Source: Candidatus Kaiserbacteria bacterium
GTDB lineage: Bacteria > Patescibacteriota > Minisyncoccia > Phycocordibacterales > Phycocordibacteraceae
Assembly: GCA_026396715.1 (NCBI GenBank)
Contig: JAPLWH010000014.1
Span: 8,063-72,062, forward strand
Direction: 5' to 3'
DNA: 64,000 nucleotides
The position numbers were made by a program, and so were the translations under genes. Numbering within the stretch: the first letter of the stretch is position 1; each line of letters opens with the position of its first letter. The notes beneath the pieces are model-generated. The model saw nothing but the letters and a program-made list of their open reading frames with translations. It was not told where the DNA came from and ran no database searches. Shown here piece after piece: positions 55,218 to 64,000 of this stretch.

Positions 55218-55490
55218 ATGAACAAAGCAGACATAGTCGACAAGGTACACGGCGTTCTCGGATCGACGAAAGCCGATGCTGAGCGCGCTGTCGAAACCGT
55301 TATCGATTCGATTGTTTCCAGTCTTAAGTCGGGGGATGAAGTGTCGATCGCAGGCCTCGGTATTTTCGCGACGAAGGCTCGCCCCGCGCGCCAGGGCAGG
55401 AATCCCCGCACCGGCGAGACGATTCATATCGCAGCAAGCCGCACCGCGAAGTTCCGCGCCGCAAAGGCGTTGAAGGACGCAGTGAAATAA
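55218..55490 (+). CDS. hup: DNA-binding protein HU
   Basis: MNKADIV..GLGIF..ARQGRNPRTGETI..KFRAAKALKDAVK. Confidence 0.95.
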   Translation: MNKADIVDKVHGVLGSTKADAERAVETVIDSIVSSLKSGDEVSIAGLGIFATKARPARQGRNPRTGETIHIAASRTAKFRAAKALKDAVK

Positions 55491-55500
55491 CTCTTCCGTA

Positions 55501-55543
55501 AACAAAAACAACGCGGCGCCTTTGGCGCCGCGTTGTTTTTGTT
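55501..55543. terminator. Bidirectional terminator between hup and tRNA-Gly
   Basis: AACAAAAACAACGCGGCGCC-TTT-GGCGCCGCGTTGTTTTTGTT. Confidence 0.75.
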
Positions 55544-55561
55544 TCAAAGCCCTGTCATTTG

Positions 55562-55633
55562 TGCGGGCGGCGGGAGTCGAACCCGCGCTGATTGCTTGGA
55601 AGGCAACCGTCATAGCCGTTAGACCACGCCCGC
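55562..55633 (-). tRNA. tRNA-Gly(TCC)
   Basis: GCGGGCGTGGTCTAACGGCTATGACGGTTGCCTTCCAAGCAATC..GGTTCGACTCCCGCCGCCCGCA. Confidence 0.92.
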
Positions 55634-56305
55634 TTTCTCAATTTCCGATAAAATCGCCTCATTCCAGAGCTGGATTTTCCGGAAAAAGACTACTCCATAT
55701 TCTTTTCTCCCTCCACTCTGAACAGTCATTTGTACGGTACCGTAAGGAAGTTTGCGTCGTTTCTTAGCTTTCTTATCAGTGCGACTGTCAATTTGGTGTT
55801 TCTGGAATTGGGATACTGGAATGCTAGTGGTACGGGACCAAAATTGCAAACTTTGCTTCACGTCGCTGTCTGGATAGAGATGTAGGCGAAGTCGTAACTG
55901 TCTCTTCTCCACACCAAGCATTCTAAACCATGCAATGGTGGCTTGGATGATGCGTGGATCTGAATTTATCATACGAACCTGACTATTCGTTTTGCTTCCC
56001 TCCCCAAGATAGAGGCCCAGACCAAACACAAAAAGGTCTCTCCGGCTCATTTTTCCAATGTCTTTGGCGGCTGTTTTTCTGATTTCCTGAATTGATTTTT
56101 GTCGCAGCTCAGCCCGGCGCGCACCGGCTGCGGCCCGTGCTTTCCCAAAGGAATCTATCGTTTCTTTGTTTGGAGCGTACGGTGTTTCCGTGAGCCATCC
56201 GCTCAATGTGCTTTTAGAAAGTCCGGTCTTAGCCGAAATGTACGTATAAGAAAAGCCACTTTTTCGTAATGCCAAAGCTTTTTCTCGAATAGACAGGTTG
56301 TGCAT
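55619..56305 (-). CDS. HTH + single degenerate LAGLIDADG-like protein
   Basis: LRKSGFSYTYISAKTGLSKSTLSGWL; FGLGLYLGEGSK; INSDP; stop lies inside the tRNA-Gly 5' end. Confidence 0.7.
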   Translation of the reverse strand: MHNLSIREKALALRKSGFSYTYISAKTGLSKSTLSGWLTETPYAPNKETIDSFGKARAAAGARRAELRQKSIQEIRKTAAKDIGKMSRRDLFVFGLGLYLGEGSKTNSQVRMINSDPRIIQATIAWFRMLGVEKRQLRLRLHLYPDSDVKQSLQFWSRTTSIPVSQFQKHQIDSRTDKKAKKRRKLPYGTVQMTVQSGGRKEYGVVFFRKIQLWNEAILSEIEKAGVV

Positions 56306-56412
56306 GTGTAGATTATATATCTGCACAGTATATACAAGCTAGTTCGATATCAACACCTATCGAAACTGACTACAGAGGTGTGCTGTCTTTCAAAACGAAA
56401 GTGCGTTAGCGT

Positions 56413-57546
56413 ATGCGTATGAACCGCTCGACGCCCTATCTCGGCATCATCGCTATGCTCGCGGCTGTCTTTTTTATTGCAATGCTTTCTGATGCGCCGC
56501 CAACCCCGCAGAAGTCGTCTGTCGGGACGACGACACCCATCGTCGTCGTGAGTGAACCAGAGGTCGTTTCTCCATCAAAACCTGAAGCAACAACAACCTC
56601 CCCCGTCGCGAAACCGCCTGCCGTTTCGCATATTGAGAAAACAGTCGCACCAAAGGTTCCCGAGGTAGTGCCAGCGCATCCCGTTACTGCGCCGGTAACG
56701 CCGCCTGCGCCGACCGAGGAGATGTTTGATGCATCCGCGCTCGCTTTGCGCGACGCGCTCGTAAATATCATCTGCTACGCCCCACAAGGCAGCGGCCTAC
56801 ACTCGATAAGTGGCAGCGGTGTCTTCATTGATTCGAAAGGCATCATTTTAACGAATGCGCACATCGCACAGTCTTTCCTTCTCTCTGATCACGGCGTTTT
56901 TTGCGTCGTTCGTTCCGGTAGTCCCGCGAGAGATAAGTACGAGGCGGCGCTTATCCATATCTCGTCGCCCTGGATCAGAGCAAATGCCGCGACACTCACA
57001 CAGGATGCACCGACGGGGAACGGAGAGTATGATTTTGCGCTTTTGGCCGTTACTAAGAGTGTAACGAGCGCACCGCTTCCTTCGCAATTTCCTTTCGTTC
57101 CGCTTGCGCAGACGCCTCCCCTTTCGGGTGCTCCGGTTACAATTGCCTCGTATGGTGCGCAATTCCTTGAGGCAAGCCAGGTTCGTTCGGCACTCTTCCC
57201 CACGATTGTCTTTGGTTCGATAAAGAAGGTGTTCACCTTTGCGACAAACACTGTGGATGTCTTCTCTCTTGGTGGGTCTGCTGCCGCGCAGGAAGGCTCT
57301 TCGGGTGGTGGTATTTCCGACACGACGGGCACACTCATCGGCACCATCACGACGAGCACGGTGACCGGTCCGACCGATACGCGCACGTTGTCCGCTATTA
57401 CCGCATCGTATATCCGCGCTGAGTATGCGAATGAAACTGGGAAAGCTCTCGACCTCCTCCTTGCTGCACCGACCGTTACCTCCATTTCCGGTTTTGTGCC
57501 TCAGATAGCCACGCTCGAAGCGCTTCTCGTGGCTCATCTTCCATAG
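56413..57546 (+). CDS. Membrane-anchored trypsin-like serine protease
   Basis: SGSGVFIDSKGIILTNAHI, YDFALL, QEGSSGG; Pro-rich linker. Confidence 0.8.
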   Translation: MRMNRSTPYLGIIAMLAAVFFIAMLSDAPPTPQKSSVGTTTPIVVVSEPEVVSPSKPEATTTSPVAKPPAVSHIEKTVAPKVPEVVPAHPVTAPVTPPAPTEEMFDASALALRDALVNIICYAPQGSGLHSISGSGVFIDSKGIILTNAHIAQSFLLSDHGVFCVVRSGSPARDKYEAALIHISSPWIRANAATLTQDAPTGNGEYDFALLAVTKSVTSAPLPSQFPFVPLAQTPPLSGAPVTIASYGAQFLEASQVRSALFPTIVFGSIKKVFTFATNTVDVFSLGGSAAAQEGSSGGGISDTTGTLIGTITTSTVTGPTDTRTLSAITASYIRAEYANETGKALDLLLAAPTVTSISGFVPQIATLEALLVAHLP

Positions 57547-57549
57547 TCA

Positions 57550-57620
57550 TCGGGCCGCCGAGAATTGAACTCGGTCTGTCTGCTCCCAAAGCAGATGTAC
57601 TACCGGCATACTCCGGCCCG
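57550..57620 (-). tRNA. tRNA-Pro(TGG)
   Basis: CGGGCCGGAGTATGCCGGTAGTACATCTGCTTTGGGAGCAGAC..GAGTTCAATTCTCGGCGGCCCGA. Confidence 0.9.
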
Positions 57621-57640
57621 TTGTTTGCATCGTAACAGAT

Positions 57641-58036
57641 TCAGACGATTTGTGGCAGGTAGCGGACTAATGCCTGCCCGTCCCTGCGCCGTAGCCATAC
57701 GAGACAGCCGTCTACCTGCCAATCCCCCTCCCACTCTTTCTCAAGGACATACCACTCCCCCGTCCGCGCAACCTTCCGTATCTTTGCCTCATGGAGATTT
57801 AGCGATGGGTCATAGTCGTCCCCGGTGTCATCATCGCGCGGGAATTCATCTGCGAGAATCGTCTTCACTTCAATGAAATGCAGAGTGTCCTCTTTCTCCG
57901 CGATGAGGTCGAGCTCACCGGTTTTCCGCGTAATATTGCGGTCACGAATGGAAAATCCATGTCGCTTGAGATACTCGGCTGCAATACTTTCTCCGAGCAT
58001 ACCCACTTCTTTTCTAGTCTTAGAAGAAATGTCCAC
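57641..58036 (-). CDS. YraN/UPF0102 family endonuclease-like protein
   Basis: GMLGESIAAEYL..GF.I..RN..GELDLIA..LHFIEVKT. Confidence 0.85.
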   Translation of the reverse strand: MDISSKTRKEVGMLGESIAAEYLKRHGFSIRDRNITRKTGELDLIAEKEDTLHFIEVKTILADEFPRDDDTGDDYDPSLNLHEAKIRKVARTGEWYVLEKEWEGDWQVDGCLVWLRRRDGQALVRYLPQIV

Positions 58037-58231
58037 GGCTTTTTAAAATATGGCTTATTCTATCAGTATACTTTAGGACCAGATAAGAATTCACTTAATG
58101 AACAGGTGTCCTTTATCCCCAGTATGAACAGGTTTATCCCCTTATCATACAGAACGAAAAGACATGCAAAAACGGCTCAATCGAGCCGTTTTTGCATGTA
58201 GGAACCATCTTGAAGTCAAATACTGATTTTG

Positions 58232-58302
58232 TGCGGGCAGGGAGAATCGGACTCCCGTCTCGTCCTTGGCAAGGACGCGTTCTACCACTGAACCATGCCC
58301 GC
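58232..58302 (-). tRNA. tRNA-Gly(GCC)
   Basis: GCGGGCATGGTTCAGTGGTAGAACGCGTCCTTGCCAAGGACG..GAGTCCGATTCTCCCTGCCCGCA. Confidence 0.9.
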
Positions 58303-58308
58303 AGACCG

Positions 58309-58989
58309 CTACATCTTCGCATAATAAGCTTCATTCATCAATTCCTTGGGTAACAGTTTCAACCATTCGAGCATCTTTACTTTCAAATAAGTGCTTGAAA
58401 TACCAATCATGCACACCCCGTATTTAATTCGGCGTGTTTTATGGCGCCCCACTATGATAGTACTCTTGGTAAATTGCGACAGATTGACGCTTGATTCATG
58501 GGACCAGTATTTCCGGCAGTCTTCATCGCTAAGATCTGGATATATGAGCACGTGCGCCCGTATCTTTTCTTCAGGGATTCTGCAAGCGTTTTTGAGGAAA
58601 AACACGTATAAACGAATTAAGTCAGGGTCGGTATTGGTAATTGCGGTTGAATATTTAGTTAATTTGTCTCCCTCTCCCCAGTAAAGCATCAGGCCAGCGA
58701 TGAAAAGAGGATTGTATTTCATTTCATTAAATTCAACCCTTGCCTCTTCGCGTGCCTCCTCATACACTTTCTTCAAGTGCTGACCTCGTACTCTATTGAG
58801 ATCAATGAGTCTAGTTGTATGCTGGTCTTGAGCTTGAGATGCGAGTCTTTCCTTAATCTGTTTCGACCAATCAACTGTGCTGAACCATCCTGAAAGAGTT
58901 CCTTTGGGTATTTTAAGAGCTTTACGGATCTCCAGATAACTCTTTCCTCTTCGGCGAAGAACGAAAGCTTCTTGCTTATCTTTCCGCAT
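58309..58989 (-). CDS. HTH + single degenerate LAGLIDADG-like protein
   Basis: LRRRGKSYLEIRKALKIPKGTLSGWF; AGLMLYWGEGDK; TNTDP; paralog of 55619-56305. Confidence 0.7.
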   Translation of the reverse strand: MRKDKQEAFVLRRRGKSYLEIRKALKIPKGTLSGWFSTVDWSKQIKERLASQAQDQHTTRLIDLNRVRGQHLKKVYEEAREEARVEFNEMKYNPLFIAGLMLYWGEGDKLTKYSTAITNTDPDLIRLYVFFLKNACRIPEEKIRAHVLIYPDLSDEDCRKYWSHESSVNLSQFTKSTIIVGRHKTRRIKYGVCMIGISSTYLKVKMLEWLKLLPKELMNEAYYAKM

Positions 58990-59050
58990 ACTGAAATTAT
59001 ATACGACGTGAGTTCACTTTTTGGCAGAAACATCTAAAATAGTGGATATC

Positions 59051-59851
59051 TTATTCCCGACGCTTGAAATAGAAGTTCCTTGCAAGCACTTTCTTCAACC
59101 TCTCCGCTTTTTTCGGATTGTTTTCGAGCATGAATCGAATCTTACCGGGCTTCTGACAGATACGTATGATCTCCGGGAGAATGCTCTCTAGACTCTCTTC
59201 TGAAGCGTAAAGCTTATCAATACGTTCAGATATCCCCTTGGCCAGCCGTACTGTGATAATCATGGGACCGAGTATCGTCACATGGTCGGTCCTTCGGAAA
59301 AGCGTTATATCTCTTAGGTCTATTTGCAAATACTCATTCTGGTACGCTTTCTTAAACTCAGTGTCCGCCCGGGAATCCCCTCCTATTGTAAAGAATCCGT
59401 ACCGTTTATCCGAAAAGTGCCGATAATACGCGTCCTCGCTCTGTTTACGAGCCGGTAAATAGGCCCAGAAATTGTGTGGATTGTAGAAAAAGATTTCGCG
59501 AGCTGAAATTGAGTTTTCTAAAGGAAGAGTGACAGTCTTCCAGAACGCGTCCAAGTGCTCTACTGACACAAATGTGTACACGGCCCGCTCATTACTTGAA
59601 AGAAGTGGCGCTGGCGTGGTGCTAAGTATCTCAGAAACACTTTTTGCCCATTCATGATCAATCATAATCTGCTTCCCTACTTTCAGAAGCACTCCTGCGT
59701 CGATGAGTTTATGAACTGTCTTATACACCGCCCTCAATGACAAATGCTCATCTTTGACGAGCTCCGTATGGAGAGACTTAATGGTCATCCGAGTGCCGGC
59801 GGCTAATTCGACAGTTCGATCCTCGACGCTCTTTAAGGCGCTGAATAGCAT
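59051..59851 (-). CDS. Putative winged-helix regulator
   Basis: LSLRAVYKTVHKLIDAGVLLK wHTH-like N-terminus. Confidence 0.55.
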   Translation of the reverse strand: MLFSALKSVEDRTVELAAGTRMTIKSLHTELVKDEHLSLRAVYKTVHKLIDAGVLLKVGKQIMIDHEWAKSVSEILSTTPAPLLSSNERAVYTFVSVEHLDAFWKTVTLPLENSISAREIFFYNPHNFWAYLPARKQSEDAYYRHFSDKRYGFFTIGGDSRADTEFKKAYQNEYLQIDLRDITLFRRTDHVTILGPMIITVRLAKGISERIDKLYASEESLESILPEIIRICQKPGKIRFMLENNPKKAERLKKVLARNFYFKRRE

Positions 59852-59978
59852 TGGTATAAATTAGCATTTTTGAATAAAAAGTTCAAATAAATATAAAAAT
59901 AACTATGTTTTATTTACTACAAAATATATTTTTAATATATTGCCACTGGAGCAAACAATTAACAAAGGAGGCTGTATT

Positions 59979-60185
59979 ATGCCGCCAAGCGGATTCAGTA
60001 AGAAGACAGTGGAAGGACTTCTCACATTCGTGAAAGGCAATTACGAGGATTTACAGGAGGAAGTTCGGTCTGGAAAGCATTTGAGTGTTGAAGCCGCGAT
60101 TGATTATGAGATCGCGCAGCTTGGGAAAGCTCTCGAAAAGTTGCATATCAACAAAGAAGGCGGCATTGTCGAGAAGACTGCGTAA
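59979..60185 (+). CDS. Small hypothetical protein
   Basis: MPPSGFSKK...; SD AAAGGAGG; divergent from the wHTH gene; hairpin after the stop. Confidence 0.6.
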   Translation: MPPSGFSKKTVEGLLTFVKGNYEDLQEEVRSGKHLSVEAAIDYEIAQLGKALEKLHINKEGGIVEKTA

Positions 60186-60223
60186 CGTGCGCTAAAGGGC
60201 GGCCACCGGCCGCCCTTTCATTA

Positions 60224-60412
60224 ACTCGATTGTGCCCCGACCAGGTCCGCGATTACGCTTCTCGATCCTTACAGGATCAGTACACCTTGCGGATTTTCTG
60301 TTCGCATAAGAATGCTCCATAAAATGCTCGCAAGGTCTTCGAATCCCGTCCGCACGTCTCCCAGACGTGCTTCGGGACACGTCCTCGCTGACTCGATTGT
60401 GCCCCGACCAGG
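60224..60412 (-). mobile_element. Mini-element at the tRNA-Arg 3' end bounded by 22-bp direct repeats
   Basis: ACTCGATTGTGCCCCGACCAGG at 60224-60245 and 60391-60412. Confidence 0.6.
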
Positions 60413-60471
60413 ATTCGAACCTGGAACGACTGCTTCGAAGGCAGTAATGATATCCATTTCACCATCGGGGC
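60400..60471 (-). tRNA. tRNA-Arg(TCG)
   Basis: GCCCCGATGGTGAAATGGATATCATTACTGCCTTCGAAGCAGT..GGTTCGAATCCTGGTCGGGGCA. Confidence 0.93.
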
Positions 60472-60666
60472 GAAGAGAGGAAACAAGAGCCCGTCCTCGG
60501 GTTCTTGCTCTCCGAACGAACCCTGATATCGAGTCTGTGAAGATATCGGGGCGTATTTGCATAGTACTACCAAGCGAGCTGGGACACGAGTAGTTGTGCT
60601 ACGACTAAGCAAATAAGGAGCGCAGCGACTATATTTGCTGAAGTGCCCGTGTGGTACGATTTGGAA

Positions 60667-62130
60667 ATGGTCTATCGTATCCCCAGTGAAGTATCGGTAG
60701 TCTCAAATAGCCTGCGAAAAGCAGGATTTGAAGCGTATCTTGTCGGGGGCTGCGTGCGCGATCTCATTATTGGGCGCGAGCCAAAGGATTGGGATATAAC
60801 GACGAACGCGACACCGACGCAGATCCAGGCTATATTTCCTGACTCTTTCTATGAAAATGACTACGGAACCGTCGGCGTGAAGACGGGTTCTGAGGATGCT
60901 CGGCTCGCTATCGTTGAGATAACCCCCTACCGCACCGAATCTGCGTATTCCGACAAGCGTCGGCCAGACAAAGTGGAGTTCGGTACTTCCCTGCTCGAAG
61001 ATCTCGCACGCCGCGACTTTACGATCAACGCTATTGCCCTCGACGACGCTCAAGGACATCTGGTTGACCCGTATGACGGTCAAAAGGACATAAAGGACAA
61101 AGTGGTGCGGGCGGTTGGTAACGCCTCTGAGCGCTTCAATGAGGACGCTCTGCGCATGCTTCGTGCCGTTCGCTTAATCGCCGAGCTCGGTTTCGGCATA
61201 GATAGCAATACAGCATCGGCGATAAGCGAAAATAGCAAGCATTTAAGCCATGTTTCACGTGAAAGGGTGCGAGATGAGCTCATAAGAATACTGAATTCAA
61301 AACAGCCGATGAGTGCCCTGGTTCTCTCTCAACAGCTCGGTATTCTTGAGTTTATCGTTCCAGACCTCATTCGTGGCATCGGTGTCGAACAGAATCAAGC
61401 GCATTCATACGACGTTTTCGGACACAATCTCCGCACGATGCAGCATGCGGCTGATAAGGACTGGGGTTTTGATATCCGTCTCGCTGGCCTCTATCACGAC
61501 ATAGCCAAGCCGGAGACTCGTCGCTGGGTCGAAGAAAAGAAAGACTGGAGCTTCCATGGGCATGAGGTTGTTGGTTCACGTGTAACAAAAAAGGCGCTTG
61601 AAGACCTCCATTTCCCACGCGAAACGATAGATAAAGTCGTTAAGCTGGTGCGTTGGCACATGTTCTTCTCTGATCCTGAGCAAATTACCCTCTCTGCAGT
61701 GCGCAGGATGATCAAGAACGTCGGCGAGGAGAATATAGTGGACTTACTCAATCTTCGCATCTGCGACCGCATAGGGACCGGCAGGCCGAAGGAGCAGCCT
61801 TTTCGTTTTCGCAAATACAAAGCCATGGTTGATCAGGCGCTTCGTGACCCAATTTCAGTAGGAATGCTCAAAACAGACGGAAAACACATCATGGAAATGT
61901 TCCACGTGAACCCAGGACCGAAGCTCGGATGGGCACTGAATGCACTTTTGGAGGAGATTCTTGATGATTCCGCTAAGAATACGGAAGAATATCTCGACAA
62001 ACGCACCGAAGAACTTCTCAAAATGCCTGAAGATGAGCTACGAAAGCTGGGAGAATCCGGGAAAAAGAAGAGGGAAGCGGCAGAAGATGAGGAAATAAAG
62101 CATATAATGGAGAAACACCACGTCTGTTAA
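60667..62130 (+). CDS. cca: CCA-adding tRNA nucleotidyltransferase with HD domain
   Basis: VGGCVRD..DWDITT, DLARRDFTINA, EDALRMLRA, YHDIAKP. Confidence 0.9.
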   Translation: MVYRIPSEVSVVSNSLRKAGFEAYLVGGCVRDLIIGREPKDWDITTNATPTQIQAIFPDSFYENDYGTVGVKTGSEDARLAIVEITPYRTESAYSDKRRPDKVEFGTSLLEDLARRDFTINAIALDDAQGHLVDPYDGQKDIKDKVVRAVGNASERFNEDALRMLRAVRLIAELGFGIDSNTASAISENSKHLSHVSRERVRDELIRILNSKQPMSALVLSQQLGILEFIVPDLIRGIGVEQNQAHSYDVFGHNLRTMQHAADKDWGFDIRLAGLYHDIAKPETRRWVEEKKDWSFHGHEVVGSRVTKKALEDLHFPRETIDKVVKLVRWHMFFSDPEQITLSAVRRMIKNVGEENIVDLLNLRICDRIGTGRPKEQPFRFRKYKAMVDQALRDPISVGMLKTDGKHIMEMFHVNPGPKLGWALNALLEEILDDSAKNTEEYLDKRTEELLKMPEDELRKLGESGKKKREAAEDEEIKHIMEKHHVC

Positions 62131-62312
62131 AGCGTCTCACTTCGTCGAGGCAGTGTTCCACGTGAACCATAAATGAGCTTTGGGTAAGTATAGAAACAAG
62201 AAAACCGCCCTGGGCGGTTGGAGGCAAAAAGGAGCTGGGGCGTTGATGGGGCTTCCAACCAGAGAATATGAGGGCGGTTTTGTTTTGCATACTGACGCTT
62301 TCACGTGGAACA
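61251..62312. promoter_or_regulatory. Cluster of four parS-like sites
   Basis: TGTTTCACGTGAAAGG (61251), TGTTCCACGTGAACCC (61898), TGTTCCACGTGAACCA (62154), GCTTTCACGTGGAACA (62297) vs consensus TGTTNCACGTGAAACA. Confidence 0.7.
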
Positions 62313-62482
62313 CCTTACCGAATGGCTTGTGTTGCGGATCGCCGCAGCGTGGGCAGGGTACCTGTTAGGCGCATTGATGCCGATAACTGATATTGGACAG
62401 AGCTGGAAAGAACTTCTCGTCTTTTGCTATCCTATTCTAGTAAAGGACAATGTAAAGGACATGCCTGTGGACAACGTGTCCT

Positions 62483-63250
62483 TTAAGAAATAGTTATGGA
62501 AAGAGGGCAGTGGTCGGAACCGTAGATCTCAGGGTGTATCTCTGCTTTCTTGAGGTTCTTTGCGAGTTCACTTGCGACGAAGAAATAGTCGAGACGCCAG
62601 CCGACGTTTCGGTCGCGAGAACGGGTCTTCATATCCCAGTACGTATACGCTTCTTTCGTGTTTGGATGGAGCTGACGGAATGAGTCTAGGTATCCGGCAC
62701 TTATGACTTCATCGATCCAGGCGCGTTCTTCAGGTAAAAAGCCTGTATTTCCCTCGTTTTCTTTCGGTCGGGCGAGGTCTATCGCTTCGTGGGCAGTGTT
62801 CACGTCCCCACAGAATATGACGGGTTTTTGCTTACGAAGTTTTTCGACAAATGAAAGAAAAGCATCGTAAAAACGTAGTTTGTAATCGAGCCGTTCGGGA
62901 CCCTGCCCACCATTGGGGAAGTACGCATTGATGAGCCAGAAGTCATCATATTCTGCGCCGATGAGCCGTCCTTCCTGGTCGAATTCCGGTATGCCCATGC
63001 CATAGATGACTTTCAATGGCTCGATTTTTGAATAGATCGCGACACCGCTGTAGCCTTTGCGCACTTGGCAGGAGGAGAAAAATGATGAAAAGCCAGCAGG
63101 GGAGAGCATCGCCTCCGATACCTGTTCGGGATTCGCTTTTGTCTCCTGGAGGCAGAAAATATCGGGCTTCGTGCCTTTCAAAAAAGATTCCCAATAACCA
63201 TCCTTGGCGAGCGAGCGCAGCCCATTCACATTCCAAGAGACTATCTTCAT
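62483..63250 (-). CDS. xth: Exodeoxyribonuclease III
   Basis: MKIVSWNVNGLR, CLQETK, GYSGVA, GDVNTAH, GWRLDYF, GSDHCP. Confidence 0.95.
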   Translation of the reverse strand: MKIVSWNVNGLRSLAKDGYWESFLKGTKPDIFCLQETKANPEQVSEAMLSPAGFSSFFSSCQVRKGYSGVAIYSKIEPLKVIYGMGIPEFDQEGRLIGAEYDDFWLINAYFPNGGQGPERLDYKLRFYDAFLSFVEKLRKQKPVIFCGDVNTAHEAIDLARPKENEGNTGFLPEERAWIDEVISAGYLDSFRQLHPNTKEAYTYWDMKTRSRDRNVGWRLDYFFVASELAKNLKKAEIHPEIYGSDHCPLSITIS

Positions 63251-63368
63251 GGGGAAACTATAACAGACGCTTGACAGTGCGCTCGGGGCTATTGACTTTA
63301 CATCAAGTTGCTGTAGTATTAGCTATAGATTGCCCATTTTCATTCAATCTTAGGAAAGGAGAATAATC

Positions 63369-63584
63369 GTGCCAGAAATAATTCTGACGCCTGTAAAACT
63401 CATTGGGATTGTGAAAGATGTATACGAAGAAATAAACAGTTACCGAAGCAAAGGAGAAGAGTTTGTTTTGAGAATGATTCAGAGCCGGTTTACTGAGGTA
63501 TTAGGAAAGTTTACTCAAGATCAGATAGACAAAACTCTGTCTGAAATGGATACTTCGCAGTTGTATATATCAAAACAGTTGTAA
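63369..63584 (+). CDS. Small hypothetical protein
   Basis: SD AAAGGAG, upstream TTGACT, downstream hairpin with T-tail; AT-rich. Confidence 0.5.
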   Translation: MPEIILTPVKLIGIVKDVYEEINSYRSKGEEFVLRMIQSRFTEVLGKFTQDQIDKTLSEMDTSQLYISKQL

Positions 63585-63684
63585 TCGTTTAGACCAAGGG
63601 TATAAACGAGACGTAAGTGGGGCTTGGGTCCGGCAAACTTTGCCGGACCTGTTTTTTATGCAAAATTCATATCGAATGACTCAG

Positions 63685-64000
63685 CTATTCTCGGCCTTTT
63701 CCGTGGAATTTCTTATGAATCTCGCGGAGGTGCGAGTCGGTAATATGCGTATAAATCTGGGTAGTATTGATGGAAGCGTGACCGAGGAGCTGCTGGACGG
63801 AACGGATGTCAGCGCCATTGTTGAGAAGGTCTGTAGCGAAGACGTGGCGAAGGATGTGCGGCGTGACTTTTTTCGTGATGCCGGCTTTTTTTGCACAGGT
63901 CTCGATGAGTCGTTCGACGGAGCGAGGCGTGAGGCGCGCGGGAATCGCTTTACTGCGCGGAACATTTACGAAAAGTGCTTCCGCCATGTCCTTGCGGGCC
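63685..64000 (-). CDS. Tyrosine recombinase XerC/D family, C-terminal part (5'-partial)
   Basis: VTPHILRHVFATDLLNNGADIRSVQQLLGHASINTTQIYTH. Confidence 0.9.
   Translation of the reverse strand, partial: ARKDMAEALFVNVPRSKAIPARLTPRSVERLIETCAKKAGITKKVTPHILRHVFATDLLNNGADIRSVQQLLGHASINTTQIYTHITDSHLREIHKKFHGKGRE

Noticed and set aside
58098-58200. Short repeats ATGAACAGG..TTTATCCCC x2 and DnaA-box-like TTATCCCCA
   Set aside because: Too short and too few to support a second origin or operator. The adjacent hairpin is adequately explained as the tRNA terminator.

Overview
Bacterial chromosome segment near the replication origin. It is most likely Patescibacteria/CPR (Parcubacteria-like); this is inferred from the compact housekeeping genes, apparent short-leader starts, short YebC, two PilB ATPases, a PrgI/VirB4/pilin cluster and tRNAs without encoded CCA. 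Core content: murE, holA, polA, tsaE, ruvB-yebC-ruvC, PBP1A, dnaN-dnaA-rpmH-rnpA-yidC, comEC, recJ, pgk-tpiA, type IV pilus genes, nusA, ppa, clpP, rny, HU, CCA enzyme, xth, a Xer recombinase and five tRNAs. Accessory content: an HphI-like type IIS restriction-modification system, three tRNA-abutting HTH-LAGLIDADG-like genes and several families of short palindromic insertion elements, some in frame inside proteins. The most unusual feature is a ~4.7 kb minus-strand array (about 49430-54150) of nine small ORFs with strong Shine-Dalgarno sites. They are separated by two families of repeated multi-hairpin elements, and the motif (T/A)GTTCTTT(C/T)A (boxA-like) precedes seven of the start codons. 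The array sits divergently from a TrmB-like regulator. All calls were made by eye from motifs; no searches or folding programs were run.
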